A stretch of DNA of 64,000 nt from a virus, in IMG/VR virus record IMGVR_UViG_3300042301_002363, positions 1 to 64,000 of that record; one strand, 5' to 3'. The translations under genes and the position numbers were made by a program. Below the pieces are notes generated by a model. That model was not told the DNA's origin, made no database searches, and was given only the letters and a program-made list of their open reading frames with translations. Below are positions 42,901 through 52,131 of the stretch, one piece after another; positions within the stretch are counted from its first letter, which is position 1; each line of letters opens with the position of its first letter.

Positions 42901-44866
42901 TGTTTTCTGCTTCAAACTTTGAAGAGTTTACATTTTTTTTCCAACTTTTATGACCTGGGCTTTCTAAGTATTCCTTATAGCGTTTGTATTTAGCAGAAAG
43001 ATCAGCATACTGTTTTTTAGTTTTTACATCTACTGCTTCTCTAGCTTTTTTATCAAAATCAGCTATCAAATCATCTGCTTTTGACAGCATTGTTTCTGTT
43101 TGATAATACTTTTGTATTTTAGTTTTTTCCTTTTCATTTAAAATTTTATAAGCTTGCTCATACAATATGTCATACATATCATCAACCTTATCTTGATCTG
43201 TAAAAGGCAACCAACCTAAACTCCAATCTACATCAATGTTTTTTATATCATCAGCTGCAGCTATCATTTGCTGAGGGTCATTTGACAAAAGTGCTTTGTA
43301 AAATGTATCCCCTGCTACAAATTGACCTGAACCAGAGTTCATATATTCTTTAAGAGCATCTTTGCTACCAAATCCTGGGATAGTATTTCCTAATGCTTTT
43401 TCTTTTTGATACTTATCAGCATAACTTTCAAAACCTTCTGCTTTAGCTTCCTCTTCTCTTTTTGCTTTTGCTTTTTGCTCACTTGAAAGTGTGCCATACT
43501 TTTTATCTGTGTCATACACAAGATCCTCTTCTGCTTGACGTTCATCTGTAAACTTGCCAGTAGCAGGATCTAATCCCAAAAAGTATTTATTAAGATCTTT
43601 CAGTAACGCTTGTTCTTCAGTTGTTGCATTGCCTTCTAATACCTTTTTTGTGAGTGTACCTGCTTGGCTTGCTTTTTCGTAGTAACCTTCTTTTTTGCGT
43701 TTTTCTTCAATAAGTCTTGTTTGTTCTGCTTTTGACTTTTCATATGCAGTAGGACCATTGTCAATTATCTTAAAAGATTTGTCAAAAAGTTCTTGAGCTT
43801 TTTGATCTGCTGCAGTAGGTTTTTTCTTAGGCGCTGCTGTTACTGGTGGAGATTGCCATTGTTGAGCATTACTTTGAAATGCTTCGTATGGTATATTATA
43901 AATTTGTTTTACATTTTTAAAAGTAGGAGTGACACATTCTCCAATAGATGAATTATAAACATAACCAGGTTTACATGCAGCTGGTGCATAACTATTACCA
44001 TAAACAGTTCTGTTTAACATGTCAAACCATGATTCACCACCTTCAGGAAATTTAGGTTTCATACTTCCACCATATCTTCCTTGCATTTGATTAGCAATAT
44101 CTTCAGGTGCTACAGCAGGACCTTCAGGTAACATACCTTGCATTGCATCCTCATCTTCTGACATAGGTATTCCCTGTCCTTCCATTGGAGGCATCATTCC
44201 TTGTTGTGGCATTCCCATACCTTGCTGAGGTTCCTGTGGCGCAAACTGTTGTGCCATTTGATTAGGGTCAATACCCATTGTGGAAAGAACCTCTTCAGCA
44301 ATAGCAGGAATTCCATCAGGAAATCCTTTCATTGATTCTTGAATGAAAGCAAGTAAACCAAGTTTCTGTTTGTTCTTTTTAAGCATTTCAGCTGCAGAAC
44401 GTTTTGCTAATGGATCTGAAGTTTCATCTTTTAAAATCTCAACATACATGTTGATATCATATTTCCTAGAAATTTCAGCAGGTGTGTATCCTTGTTTTCT
44501 TGGAGGAAGATTAAATATTTTTTCAATTACTTCTGGATCTTTTATTGTAAGATTCTTTGTGTCTGAGTAAATAAATGAACCTTCAGGTATATTGACAGGT
44601 ACGCCACCTTCAGTATGTCTTTTTCCTTTAAAGTGCATAAGCTCCATAGTGCCATCTTTATTGACATCGCCAATAACAGATTCACCACCTTCAACTTCTA
44701 TATTTGCTTGATCTCTTGGAATAGCACCCATTGTATCATTTACAGAAACAGATTCAGGAGACGTTTGCATTCCTCTTGAATTTCTAACAAGACCATATCC
44801 ATCTTGTTGTCCTGTGCTTTTATATGTTCCACCTTCTGGAGATGTTTTTATGCGTACCTTAAACAT
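39908..44866 (-). CDS. Putative virion cargo protein with GG-delimited modules, 1652 aa
   Basis: N-terminal ANIEVEGGE...GKRHTEGGV...IYSD domain that I associate with crAss-like cargo proteins. Q/M/P-rich linkers and many YGG/FGG motifs. Confidence 0.65.
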   Translation of the reverse strand: MFKVRIKTSPEGGTYKSTGQQDGYGLVRNSRGMQTSPESVSVNDTMGAIPRDQANIEVEGGESVIGDVNKDGTMELMHFKGKRHTEGGVPVNIPEGSFIYSDTKNLTIKDPEVIEKIFNLPPRKQGYTPAEISRKYDINMYVEILKDETSDPLAKRSAAEMLKKNKQKLGLLAFIQESMKGFPDGIPAIAEEVLSTMGIDPNQMAQQFAPQEPQQGMGMPQQGMMPPMEGQGIPMSEDEDAMQGMLPEGPAVAPEDIANQMQGRYGGSMKPKFPEGGESWFDMLNRTVYGNSYAPAACKPGYVYNSSIGECVTPTFKNVKQIYNIPYEAFQSNAQQWQSPPVTAAPKKKPTAADQKAQELFDKSFKIIDNGPTAYEKSKAEQTRLIEEKRKKEGYYEKASQAGTLTKKVLEGNATTEEQALLKDLNKYFLGLDPATGKFTDERQAEEDLVYDTDKKYGTLSSEQKAKAKREEEAKAEGFESYADKYQKEKALGNTIPGFGSKDALKEYMNSGSGQFVAGDTFYKALLSNDPQQMIAAADDIKNIDVDWSLGWLPFTDQDKVDDMYDILYEQAYKILNEKEKTKIQKYYQTETMLSKADDLIADFDKKAREAVDVKTKKQYADLSAKYKRYKEYLESPGHKSWKKNVNSSKFEAENSWLPGPGIGNVIQDEEVMYRYGYPTDFLFNETEILGMNLDQNDVVEGTDSWFGGPRYKTYFEIYDEITKGHDKIKGTTVATIAPLGNKGLTHTNERQGFLNYNAPEIADNVRAISQVQNPSNSAKDSKGYAQPYKLKAAPNSIFTMGKNIDGQMVWFEETQDGAQLEVSNQVWVDALNVAASTKEGKKVALPAAKAPMDAIQMLEQENKINPQTVIPVKKNTEQKPGTVTPVGKQSQPAPSKPKYEGGFTDQDLDNIFGSSGGMKFGGTMPTLGSNITIGDKVFKYGGLINENGKLRYDRGGSVLPKYNNAGTVSGSGDPVKSEVKVVTDPNRNGGKPMNAYTLTYKSKSGDTEVQVLEDQATGNIILRRNNTTKESIPAGAEITRSSYDWITADNLNASEKKEVDSRWNGNTQAYIDFKNANNQIRLNSKFRDAIVGQYQADVADPELRMYTGKEKDTRKKFSDLYGTDVKALAQNPEAIINTMMQFEENNARMAAFGYGDRTSGTGPWSDPNFVAGQNVAVKSDATHGDYQGNYVNAEARQIIKDNQSKDGKVNLSDIDFSKNELGQGTYISYRRALMNNPDFQGLASHQQTGVADETVFGIQGKVSGIDRFSTNTTLEERLGYNLKPPPPPEVPGEKSTYYCVEYSDGTKETKTVSYKEGEQPVAPSGEVNGKTVTKATQYETADDATKNCGTPPPPKKPPGGIPQPQTWFAPDIVNYMANERQIIPNTPPVLRQMNAAYSGYDTINPITRIAGTTGLVKQSQDLAMNTMDAQTAFAAGANQGYEQLSRDIADVEEGNTTKIVNPYLQTIGQLNTDVDYKNTLLRGKFDTEGATYQEELAAQRNKKDAQGAMLFGQGFGNVQKDNALRVMYPNAWHAQRLQPTFAWSGYGKDPLSSVDTSVSSGAAATQADCSKAYSDAMAQVKNDTTMDQDAKEEYASNMQKACISQNLNKANAQTKTQQQMYGQNFIQRFGGTMYTAPGAMEFGGMFFDDNY

Positions 44867-44879
44867 ATTTTAAAATTTT

Positions 44880-44907
44880 AAAAAGGGATATGTCTTACCA
44901 CATCCCT
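44880..44907 (-). terminator. Terminator-like hairpin overlapping promoter motif C
   Basis: Minus strand AGGGATGTG-gtaaga-CATATCCCT-TTTT. Confidence 0.6.
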
Positions 44908-44939
44908 CATTAGAAGTTACAAAATTATTCTGATTTATC
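44905..44939 (-). promoter_or_regulatory. Conserved phage promoter-like motif, copy C
   Basis: Minus strand GATAAATCA-N11-TAACTT-N4-TGAGG. Confidence 0.6.
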
Positions 44940-44968
44940 CTATCCTCCATAATACAAATGTAGGAATT

Positions 44969-47689
44969 CTAATCTAAAAATTCAACCTCGCCACCCATCT
45001 GTATAATGGCTTGCAATTCTTGTGGAGAAATCATATATGTTCCACCCCTTCTATAATTTTTGGTTCCTCCAAATTTAGAAAGTGTAGTACCCCAATCTTG
45101 TGTATGACCAAGGTCTGCAACATATTGATTGGCTCCTGGTCCAGCATTCAAATTCCAAGTACCATAACTTCCTTGAGTATTGATTGCATTATTAGCCATC
45201 ATAGTATTACCAGCTTGTTTCTGACGTTTCTTTAAGTCTTTAACTGCTCTTCTTTCTGCCCATTGTGCTGTGGCATCCTCCATCATATTGAGACCTTGAA
45301 GTGTATTACTTGCTACTTGAAATCCTAATGGATCTCCACGTTGAGTAGTATACTCTTTTGTGTCAGTCATGTTAGCATTAGGATTAGCACTCAATGCATT
45401 ATTAGTATTGTCTGTAGTATTAATTGCTCCATTTGTCCCTGGTGCAGATGCGTTTGCAGGATTATTAAAGTTTGAAACATAAGTGTTATAAGCATCCCAA
45501 TCATTTCTATTTAATGGGAATGGTCTACCTGTTTTAGTTGCCCATTCTTGCTGAGAGTATGCAACTGTTTCAGTATCAAGCGCACCACCCCCAACATACA
45601 TTGGCATTGTGATATTTAACTTACGTCTATTATCTACAAATGGATTCCACTCGCCACCATCTCTTTTGTTCTCATCATTAATTGGTCCTGACAAATTGCT
45701 AACCATTGAAGGTGCAGCTACAGGCGCTCCTCCAGCATTAGGATCAACAGGTGCAACTGGATTCTTTTTAGGAACATTAGGATTATAGTTAGGTGCAGAT
45801 GGATTATCTGATTGTAAGTCTCCATTGACTGAACCATTTGGTGGTTGATTCACGTTCAATTGACTATTCATATAGTCAAGTTTAGGATTACCTGTTGATG
45901 TATTTTCTGGTACAGTTGATGTTGTTGGTTGTACAGGTCCACTTGGCGTGGCTGCAGGCTGCTGAGCATTTCTTAGCGCTCTTCTCTCATCACCTTTACT
46001 GTTATAAAAGAATACATTACCCTTATCATCATAAACACGAGATTCATCACCAGCCATTCCTTTAGCAATACCTAATCCTGCACCTCCAGCAACTGCTGCT
46101 GCACCCATTAAAAACTTAAGTCCAGGACCAAATCCACCAGTAATAGGTGCAAACCTTGGATCAGCAAATGAATTACTTACTGCCATTGCTCTTGTTGCCC
46201 AATTGGAATCAATGTTTGCAATTTTATTTTTGTCAGACATTACAATGTATGGGCTATTAGTAGTTCTTGGATCTACAGGCATTGTACCAGATGGATTATT
46301 AGCTGCTCCAGTTTTCCATTGGTCATATGACAACTGAGGTGCAGCACCAGTATTACTAGCATTAGTTGCAGAATATTGATTTACATAATTCTGGTATGCA
46401 GCTGGACTAGTTTTCATTTCGTTATACATTTGATCCTGAGCAGGATTCTGAGAAATAAATTCCTCATACGATTGCATTGGTGCTCTATTCATGCTAGGAT
46501 CAACTTTACCACTATTATAAAAGTCTACAACTTGTGTTTGATATTCTTGTTGTGCTTGACCTGCACCAAATATTTTTAAGCAATCACCATCAGGACCTTT
46601 GTAGTATCCAATTGGACATCCATCCTCAGTTCCTCCTGCACCATATTGCTTCATTCCACCATTGACAAATTTATTAAGTCCACCAAAGCGTGCATATCCT
46701 TGAGTAGCGGGAACTTGTGGTTGTGGATTAGTTGTATTTTGAAAAGATTGAAAAAAGTTATTTCCTGGATTTGCCATCTGATCATTGCGAATACCAGAAT
46801 ACAAGTTGCCAATAGCTTGCTGTGATGCCTGTTTTTGTGCAACACGATTGGCATCATAATTTGCTAGTCTATTTGCATAATAACCAGCTTCTGCACTATT
46901 TCTAGTATCAGCTGCTTGTGCAGATGCAACTACATTTTGATTATACTGATCCATTCCTGCTTTTGCACCTTGTGGTCCAGCAACTTCATTGCCACCAAAT
47001 ATTTTCATTCCACCAGCACCTTGTTGTGCAGTGTTTGCTGTAACAGCAGTAGGCATACACGTTGCAGTCATTTCATTCCATTCGTATCCATCAGGACATG
47101 AATTACCACCTGCACCATATCTACGTAACTTTTTCATAGAACCACCATATCTTGCTTGCATTGCCATTTCTTGATCTGACATTTGTTGTTGATCAGAACC
47201 TTGAGCCATTGCCATTTGAGACTGATCCATGCCAGTTTGTGGTCCAGCTTGTTGCCCCATTCCCATTGGATCTTGGTTGTTAAGGATTCCCATTTGTTGT
47301 TGCAATGCCATTTGCTGCTGTTGTTGCAACTGTTGCTGTTGAGCCTTTTCATTTACATAGTCTCCTTCTTGAGCAAGTTTCATGTATTCCTCTTTGGCAA
47401 CAGTTAATAATTCTTCAGCTTGTTCGCGCTTTACTCCAGAATCAATTAATGTCTTTTTAAGAATACGTTCACTTGTTCCTTTGTTCAACTGTTCTAAGAG
47501 AAAAGTCATAAGTTGTTTTGCAGTTGCATCTAATGGATTAGGTGGACGCATTTGTTGTTGTTGCATTTGACCCATGTCTGCAACAGCTGATTGATTTTGC
47601 TGCATCATGTCTCCACCATCAGCATAACGTACTTTGCCACCACACTTGTAGCATTGGCCTCCAGTCATATATTCTAACATGTTATTCAT
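44969..47689 (-). CDS. Low-complexity Gln/Asn/Gly-rich virion protein with GG motifs, 906 aa
   Basis: Poly-Q tracts, more than ten xxGG motifs, two CPxGY...C loops, and a hydrophobic GLKFLMGAAAVAGGAGLG segment. Confidence 0.65.
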   Translation of the reverse strand: MNNMLEYMTGGQCYKCGGKVRYADGGDMMQQNQSAVADMGQMQQQQMRPPNPLDATAKQLMTFLLEQLNKGTSERILKKTLIDSGVKREQAEELLTVAKEEYMKLAQEGDYVNEKAQQQQLQQQQQMALQQQMGILNNQDPMGMGQQAGPQTGMDQSQMAMAQGSDQQQMSDQEMAMQARYGGSMKKLRRYGAGGNSCPDGYEWNEMTATCMPTAVTANTAQQGAGGMKIFGGNEVAGPQGAKAGMDQYNQNVVASAQAADTRNSAEAGYYANRLANYDANRVAQKQASQQAIGNLYSGIRNDQMANPGNNFFQSFQNTTNPQPQVPATQGYARFGGLNKFVNGGMKQYGAGGTEDGCPIGYYKGPDGDCLKIFGAGQAQQEYQTQVVDFYNSGKVDPSMNRAPMQSYEEFISQNPAQDQMYNEMKTSPAAYQNYVNQYSATNASNTGAAPQLSYDQWKTGAANNPSGTMPVDPRTTNSPYIVMSDKNKIANIDSNWATRAMAVSNSFADPRFAPITGGFGPGLKFLMGAAAVAGGAGLGIAKGMAGDESRVYDDKGNVFFYNSKGDERRALRNAQQPAATPSGPVQPTTSTVPENTSTGNPKLDYMNSQLNVNQPPNGSVNGDLQSDNPSAPNYNPNVPKKNPVAPVDPNAGGAPVAAPSMVSNLSGPINDENKRDGGEWNPFVDNRRKLNITMPMYVGGGALDTETVAYSQQEWATKTGRPFPLNRNDWDAYNTYVSNFNNPANASAPGTNGAINTTDNTNNALSANPNANMTDTKEYTTQRGDPLGFQVASNTLQGLNMMEDATAQWAERRAVKDLKKRQKQAGNTMMANNAINTQGSYGTWNLNAGPGANQYVADLGHTQDWGTTLSKFGGTKNYRRGGTYMISPQELQAIIQMGGEVEFLD

Positions 47690-50600
47690 TTTCTGATAAA
47701 TTTACTTAATTTTTTTATACTACCACCATATCTATTATTAGTAGTTTGCTGTTCTTCACCATTGTTCATCATTGTACCAGCAGCTCCTCCAACACCAATT
47801 GTAATTGCAACTTGAGGTAAAATTTGAATCAATGATTTTTTAGTCTCATATGTTGCTTCTGGTTTAAAATGTTTATTCAGATTACCAAAGCCACTATCTA
47901 AATAATATTGATAAAGTTCATCATCTCCTATCCTTTCCATTTCTTTGATTTGCTTTATAGCATCATCCATATTGATATTTTTTTCTTTCATTATTTGATT
48001 TGCAAAATTAAATCTAGCCTTTTGCAACTCTGAATGAAGTTCTCCTGGACTACTTAACCATGATTGATAATCATAATCTTTTTCCACTGTTCCATCTGCT
48101 TTTGTTACTTCTTTAGCAGGTAAAGGATTTAGCATTGCTTCATTATATGTCTCAGCTAATATGTTATCTGAATGACCAGTATAATATCCAGCATCTTGAT
48201 CATATTTCTGAATAAGATTTATCCAACTATCATACATAGGTTGTATATCATGACCAATCTCATGAGCATTAACTCCTGCAACTTGATAAAGAGAAGTTGG
48301 ACTTTGATAACTTCTATCTATTAGTCTAGCTGTTCCATCAGAAGTTGGATCAACATAACTATATGTACCTTCAGGTTCTATCCAATTGTATTTTGGTTTA
48401 AACCATGGGTTAAATGTATTATTTTTCCAAGTCAATGGGTTTGTAATTTGAAATGGATTTGTTTGTTCATAATAACCAGGTTTTGTCACATTAAACTTTT
48501 GTTTAGGTTTTGCTAAAAAATAAGATTGTACAGGTTTAGATGCAAGTGTTATTGTGCTATTGCCAGTTCTAACTCCACCTAAAGTTGGATAATTTTTTAA
48601 CAAGTAGTCTTGGTCATCAAATGATAAATTTGAGAAATTTTTTGCTGTAGGATCAACATCTACAAGTGTTGTCCTTTTAGCATCAAATAATGGATTCCAC
48701 ATACTTACTTTTGTACCACCAAGATCTATTGGCGGTGTACCTATCATTTCTCTATTAAAACCATGCATATATTGAGGCATAGGTCTACCAGCTAATGTGT
48801 GCAATTCACCAATTTTACCTCTAAAATCTGGATCCATGTTGGCTTCCATTTCATCATACAACTTGAAACTATCATCATATAATTGTTGTTCTTGTTGTGC
48901 TAATTTTAAACCACGGTTATATGCTAACTTTACAGTTGGATCTTCTTGTGATATCGCTTTATCAAAATAACCACTTGAATGCATTTCTTGTTTGAGCGCA
49001 TCAAGATCGTCATATTTTTGAGTAAGAGCAGTGGCATCATTTCCTGCAAATCTACCAAATGCCTCACTTGGTTTTAAGAATGGTTTATTATAAGTTCTAA
49101 ATGTATCCAACGCTGTATAAAGATCTTTTATTTCAGTATCACCTAATCCTTTTACATCTCTTAAATAATTATCAAGTATAGATCTTTCTGCATATATATT
49201 CCAATTATAATATTTATTTTGTTTAAGTGATACAAGATCATTATGATTGGTCGTTAACTTAGTACTTAAATCTTCATATTTTAAAGGATCTTTAAACATC
49301 CATTTTTGTGAGAAGTCTGTGGCTTGATCAAATACTCTTTGTTGAGCTTGTTCAACTGTTTCTCCAGGAAGAAAACCTTCTTCCCCAAAAGTGTTTAGTT
49401 TTCCTAAGCGTTGTTGATCTTGAATTAAATTTGGATATCTTTTTAAATATGCATCATACTCATCTTTGCCAGATAATCTAGTAAATTCATACTTGTCATA
49501 ATCTTTAGTAGGATCTAATGAAAGAGGTGGATTTTGAGAACTATTGATTCCATTTGTGTTTTGCAAATTAAAACCTTGCTTCAAGCTAGGAACAGAAAGT
49601 TGTGACTGCAAACCATTTGAAAGTTGCAATGCTTGGTTTGAAAATGCTGGCAAACTTGTAGTACCACTTCCTAGAAATTTGGTAAGTGGAGTTTGATTTG
49701 CAAGTTGCATTGCTTGTGACTCTCCTAATTGAGGAGCTGTTTGTCTTAAAAATTTATATTCTCCAAGATTATTTGCACCTGTAAATCTATTCAACCTGCT
49801 TGTAAATCCAGGAAACATTTCTGTAGTATTAGCCAGATTAGTGTTACCTGCTAATAAATTTGAACCTGATGGAGTTTTAGCAAGAAGACTATATGAGCCT
49901 GGTGTTTTCAATATTGCATTTGCGCCTGGTGTTCTTAAAGCATTAAGTGCTCTGTATGAACCAACTAATGGTTTAACTGCAGGCAAAAGACCAAGAGCTG
50001 AAAAAGCTGTGTTTTTCCATGCTTCATCTGTATCGCCTTTTTGAAATGCGTCATATGCTTGTTCAGCAAATCCTTGTGGTTTTAATGTTTCATATGCTCC
50101 ATATGCTCCTAATGCATTACCTACTGTCAATCCTGGTAATGTTGAGAATGGTGCGTATGCCATGGCTGAACTTAATGCTCCTACAGTAAAAGGAGCTGCA
50201 GCAATCACACCTGGTGCATAGAATAATGGATGTTTATAAAACTCTTCCATATTATCACCAAGCATTGCTTTGTTATATTTATCTGCTTCTTCTTGTGTCA
50301 TGTATACTGTTTGTCCAGCCATTTCATCTGGAGTTACAGTTTTTGTACGAAGTTCGCCAGTCATTGGATCAACTCCTCCAGTTGGTACTTGAAATGAGTA
50401 TTGATAGAACTGTCCAGAAGGATTACCAAAAGCATCCTTTTTATTTGGATCAGTGACAAACATTTTATTTGGTCTCCAAGAATCTTCACTTGCTATTTGT
50501 ACAGCAACTCTTCCATCTTTCCATCTTTTTTCTGCTTCTCCTAACGTAGGAGAATATTTTTGACCAAATGCTTGTGGAGTCAAAGATGTGTAATCTTTAA

Positions 50601-52125
50601 GTTTATTCATTGACTGCACATCAAGTTGAGATGGTTCAGTTATCAATGCTTTGTATGAATCATCTGAATCTAATCTTACCAATTGATTTGATTTAGGCAT
50701 CCATCCCCATTTACCTGTTCTAAGTTTATAAAGGATTTGCGCACCATAGTCAGGACTATTGCTGTAATTAGGAGAAACAATATCAATATTAGCACCATGA
50801 CTATCAATAAAGTCTCTATCTTTTGCCAATGTGATTATATCATTATCATTCCATCTATTAACTATATCTAGATCTTGTCCTTGCTCATATGGTTTTTCAT
50901 ATTCATCGCTGTAAGCAACAAAAGATTTTGCCCATTTCTCTACCTCATTAAAATCTTGATTATACAATTTTTCCAAAGATTCTCTTGATTGACCAAGACC
51001 TTTTTTATTAACCAAGTAGTCAATAGCAGCATCTCTACTCATACCTTTTTTCATAAGGTCAAGCAAGAAGTTTTTGGTTTGATAAGCATGATACTGATCA
51101 GCTTGATCCATGATAGTACCAAATGATTCTTTTATGCTTTCTGCTGTACCAACACCAAGTTTGTTTACAATTTCACCTGTTCTTAAACCATTATCCCATA
51201 TTCTAGATTGTATTTCTGTTGCTGGATATAATTCAACAATATTATCTTTAACATTTACAAAATATCCTTGTTGTTTCAATTCTTCTAGATAGTCAGGATT
51301 AGCATTTATTCTGCTATCATATTCATATTTTGGTATTGTTTCAAATGGTTCTAGTGCATCATGCTTACCTTTTTTGTCAAAATCTTCTTTTCGTTTTGTC
51401 AACTTATCTTGCCATTGTTGCGCAGCCCACTCTTGGTTTTTCAATTGTAACGCTTCTCTTTCAGCTTTTAAGTCGCTCAAAGTTTGGTCTAACTTTGCCA
51501 TTCCTGCAGACCAATCCACATCTTCTTGTGTTACAATAGGATATGTTGCTTCTTGTCTTGCCCATTTTTCCTCTTGTGTCAATTCGTCTCCAGGTAATTC
51601 AAAACCTTGACCTGGTTGATTTATAACCAATGGTACTTTAGTTTTCCAATCCTCATTTGTATTTACTTCTCCAGTAATAGGATCTATCATATGGGTTGTG
51701 TTCCAAATATCATCCAAATATCCTGGTTGTCCATAGTCAGGTCCCATGCTTTTTTTCTTTCTTCTTTTTCCAAAAAGACCACCTTCATCAAATTGTGGAA
51801 CTTGTTGTGAGAACTTTTTACTTTGCATTACTTGCAAAAAGTTAGGTTCTTTTCTAAGTTTCTCAATAACAATTTGCTCCATGTTTAATGGACCTCCAAC
51901 TCTTTGACTATTTTCTTTTGACAAGTAGTATTCATACAACTCAGGAAAATGCTTATCTATATTACCAGAGTTAATTAAAGATTGTGCTAGTTTTTTTTGA
52001 CGTCTAGCAATAGATAAAAATTCACCACCATCTGGATATTTTTTTAAACTAGAGTTTTTCTTTCTTGAACTTGAGAATTCAGAAAGCTTATCAAACATCC
52101 TTTTTTGACTATACTTTGCCATCAA
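47686..52125 (-). CDS. Large modular virion protein with C-terminal zincin-like HExxH domain, 1479 aa
   Basis: HEIGH at 48250-48264 with downstream ELHSE. Central Ala/Gly hydrophobic helices. GG motifs near both ends. Confidence 0.6.
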   Translation of the reverse strand: MMAKYSQKRMFDKLSEFSSSRKKNSSLKKYPDGGEFLSIARRQKKLAQSLINSGNIDKHFPELYEYYLSKENSQRVGGPLNMEQIVIEKLRKEPNFLQVMQSKKFSQQVPQFDEGGLFGKRRKKKSMGPDYGQPGYLDDIWNTTHMIDPITGEVNTNEDWKTKVPLVINQPGQGFELPGDELTQEEKWARQEATYPIVTQEDVDWSAGMAKLDQTLSDLKAEREALQLKNQEWAAQQWQDKLTKRKEDFDKKGKHDALEPFETIPKYEYDSRINANPDYLEELKQQGYFVNVKDNIVELYPATEIQSRIWDNGLRTGEIVNKLGVGTAESIKESFGTIMDQADQYHAYQTKNFLLDLMKKGMSRDAAIDYLVNKKGLGQSRESLEKLYNQDFNEVEKWAKSFVAYSDEYEKPYEQGQDLDIVNRWNDNDIITLAKDRDFIDSHGANIDIVSPNYSNSPDYGAQILYKLRTGKWGWMPKSNQLVRLDSDDSYKALITEPSQLDVQSMNKLKDYTSLTPQAFGQKYSPTLGEAEKRWKDGRVAVQIASEDSWRPNKMFVTDPNKKDAFGNPSGQFYQYSFQVPTGGVDPMTGELRTKTVTPDEMAGQTVYMTQEEADKYNKAMLGDNMEEFYKHPLFYAPGVIAAAPFTVGALSSAMAYAPFSTLPGLTVGNALGAYGAYETLKPQGFAEQAYDAFQKGDTDEAWKNTAFSALGLLPAVKPLVGSYRALNALRTPGANAILKTPGSYSLLAKTPSGSNLLAGNTNLANTTEMFPGFTSRLNRFTGANNLGEYKFLRQTAPQLGESQAMQLANQTPLTKFLGSGTTSLPAFSNQALQLSNGLQSQLSVPSLKQGFNLQNTNGINSSQNPPLSLDPTKDYDKYEFTRLSGKDEYDAYLKRYPNLIQDQQRLGKLNTFGEEGFLPGETVEQAQQRVFDQATDFSQKWMFKDPLKYEDLSTKLTTNHNDLVSLKQNKYYNWNIYAERSILDNYLRDVKGLGDTEIKDLYTALDTFRTYNKPFLKPSEAFGRFAGNDATALTQKYDDLDALKQEMHSSGYFDKAISQEDPTVKLAYNRGLKLAQQEQQLYDDSFKLYDEMEANMDPDFRGKIGELHTLAGRPMPQYMHGFNREMIGTPPIDLGGTKVSMWNPLFDAKRTTLVDVDPTAKNFSNLSFDDQDYLLKNYPTLGGVRTGNSTITLASKPVQSYFLAKPKQKFNVTKPGYYEQTNPFQITNPLTWKNNTFNPWFKPKYNWIEPEGTYSYVDPTSDGTARLIDRSYQSPTSLYQVAGVNAHEIGHDIQPMYDSWINLIQKYDQDAGYYTGHSDNILAETYNEAMLNPLPAKEVTKADGTVEKDYDYQSWLSSPGELHSELQKARFNFANQIMKEKNINMDDAIKQIKEMERIGDDELYQYYLDSGFGNLNKHFKPEATYETKKSLIQILPQVAITIGVGGAAGTMMNNGEEQQTTNNRYGGSIKKLSKFIRK

Positions 52126-52131
52126 TTAAAT

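Noticed and set aside
47150-47620. CAA/CAG-rich poly-Gln tracts as possible contingency repeats
   Set aside because: They are mixed-codon, in-frame low-complexity protein sequence with no pure microsatellite.
47643-47657. CYKCG at the N-terminus of the 906-aa protein as a haem-binding or zinc-finger site
   Set aside because: It lacks the His of CxxCH and has no nearby second Cys pair. It sits between two GG motifs.
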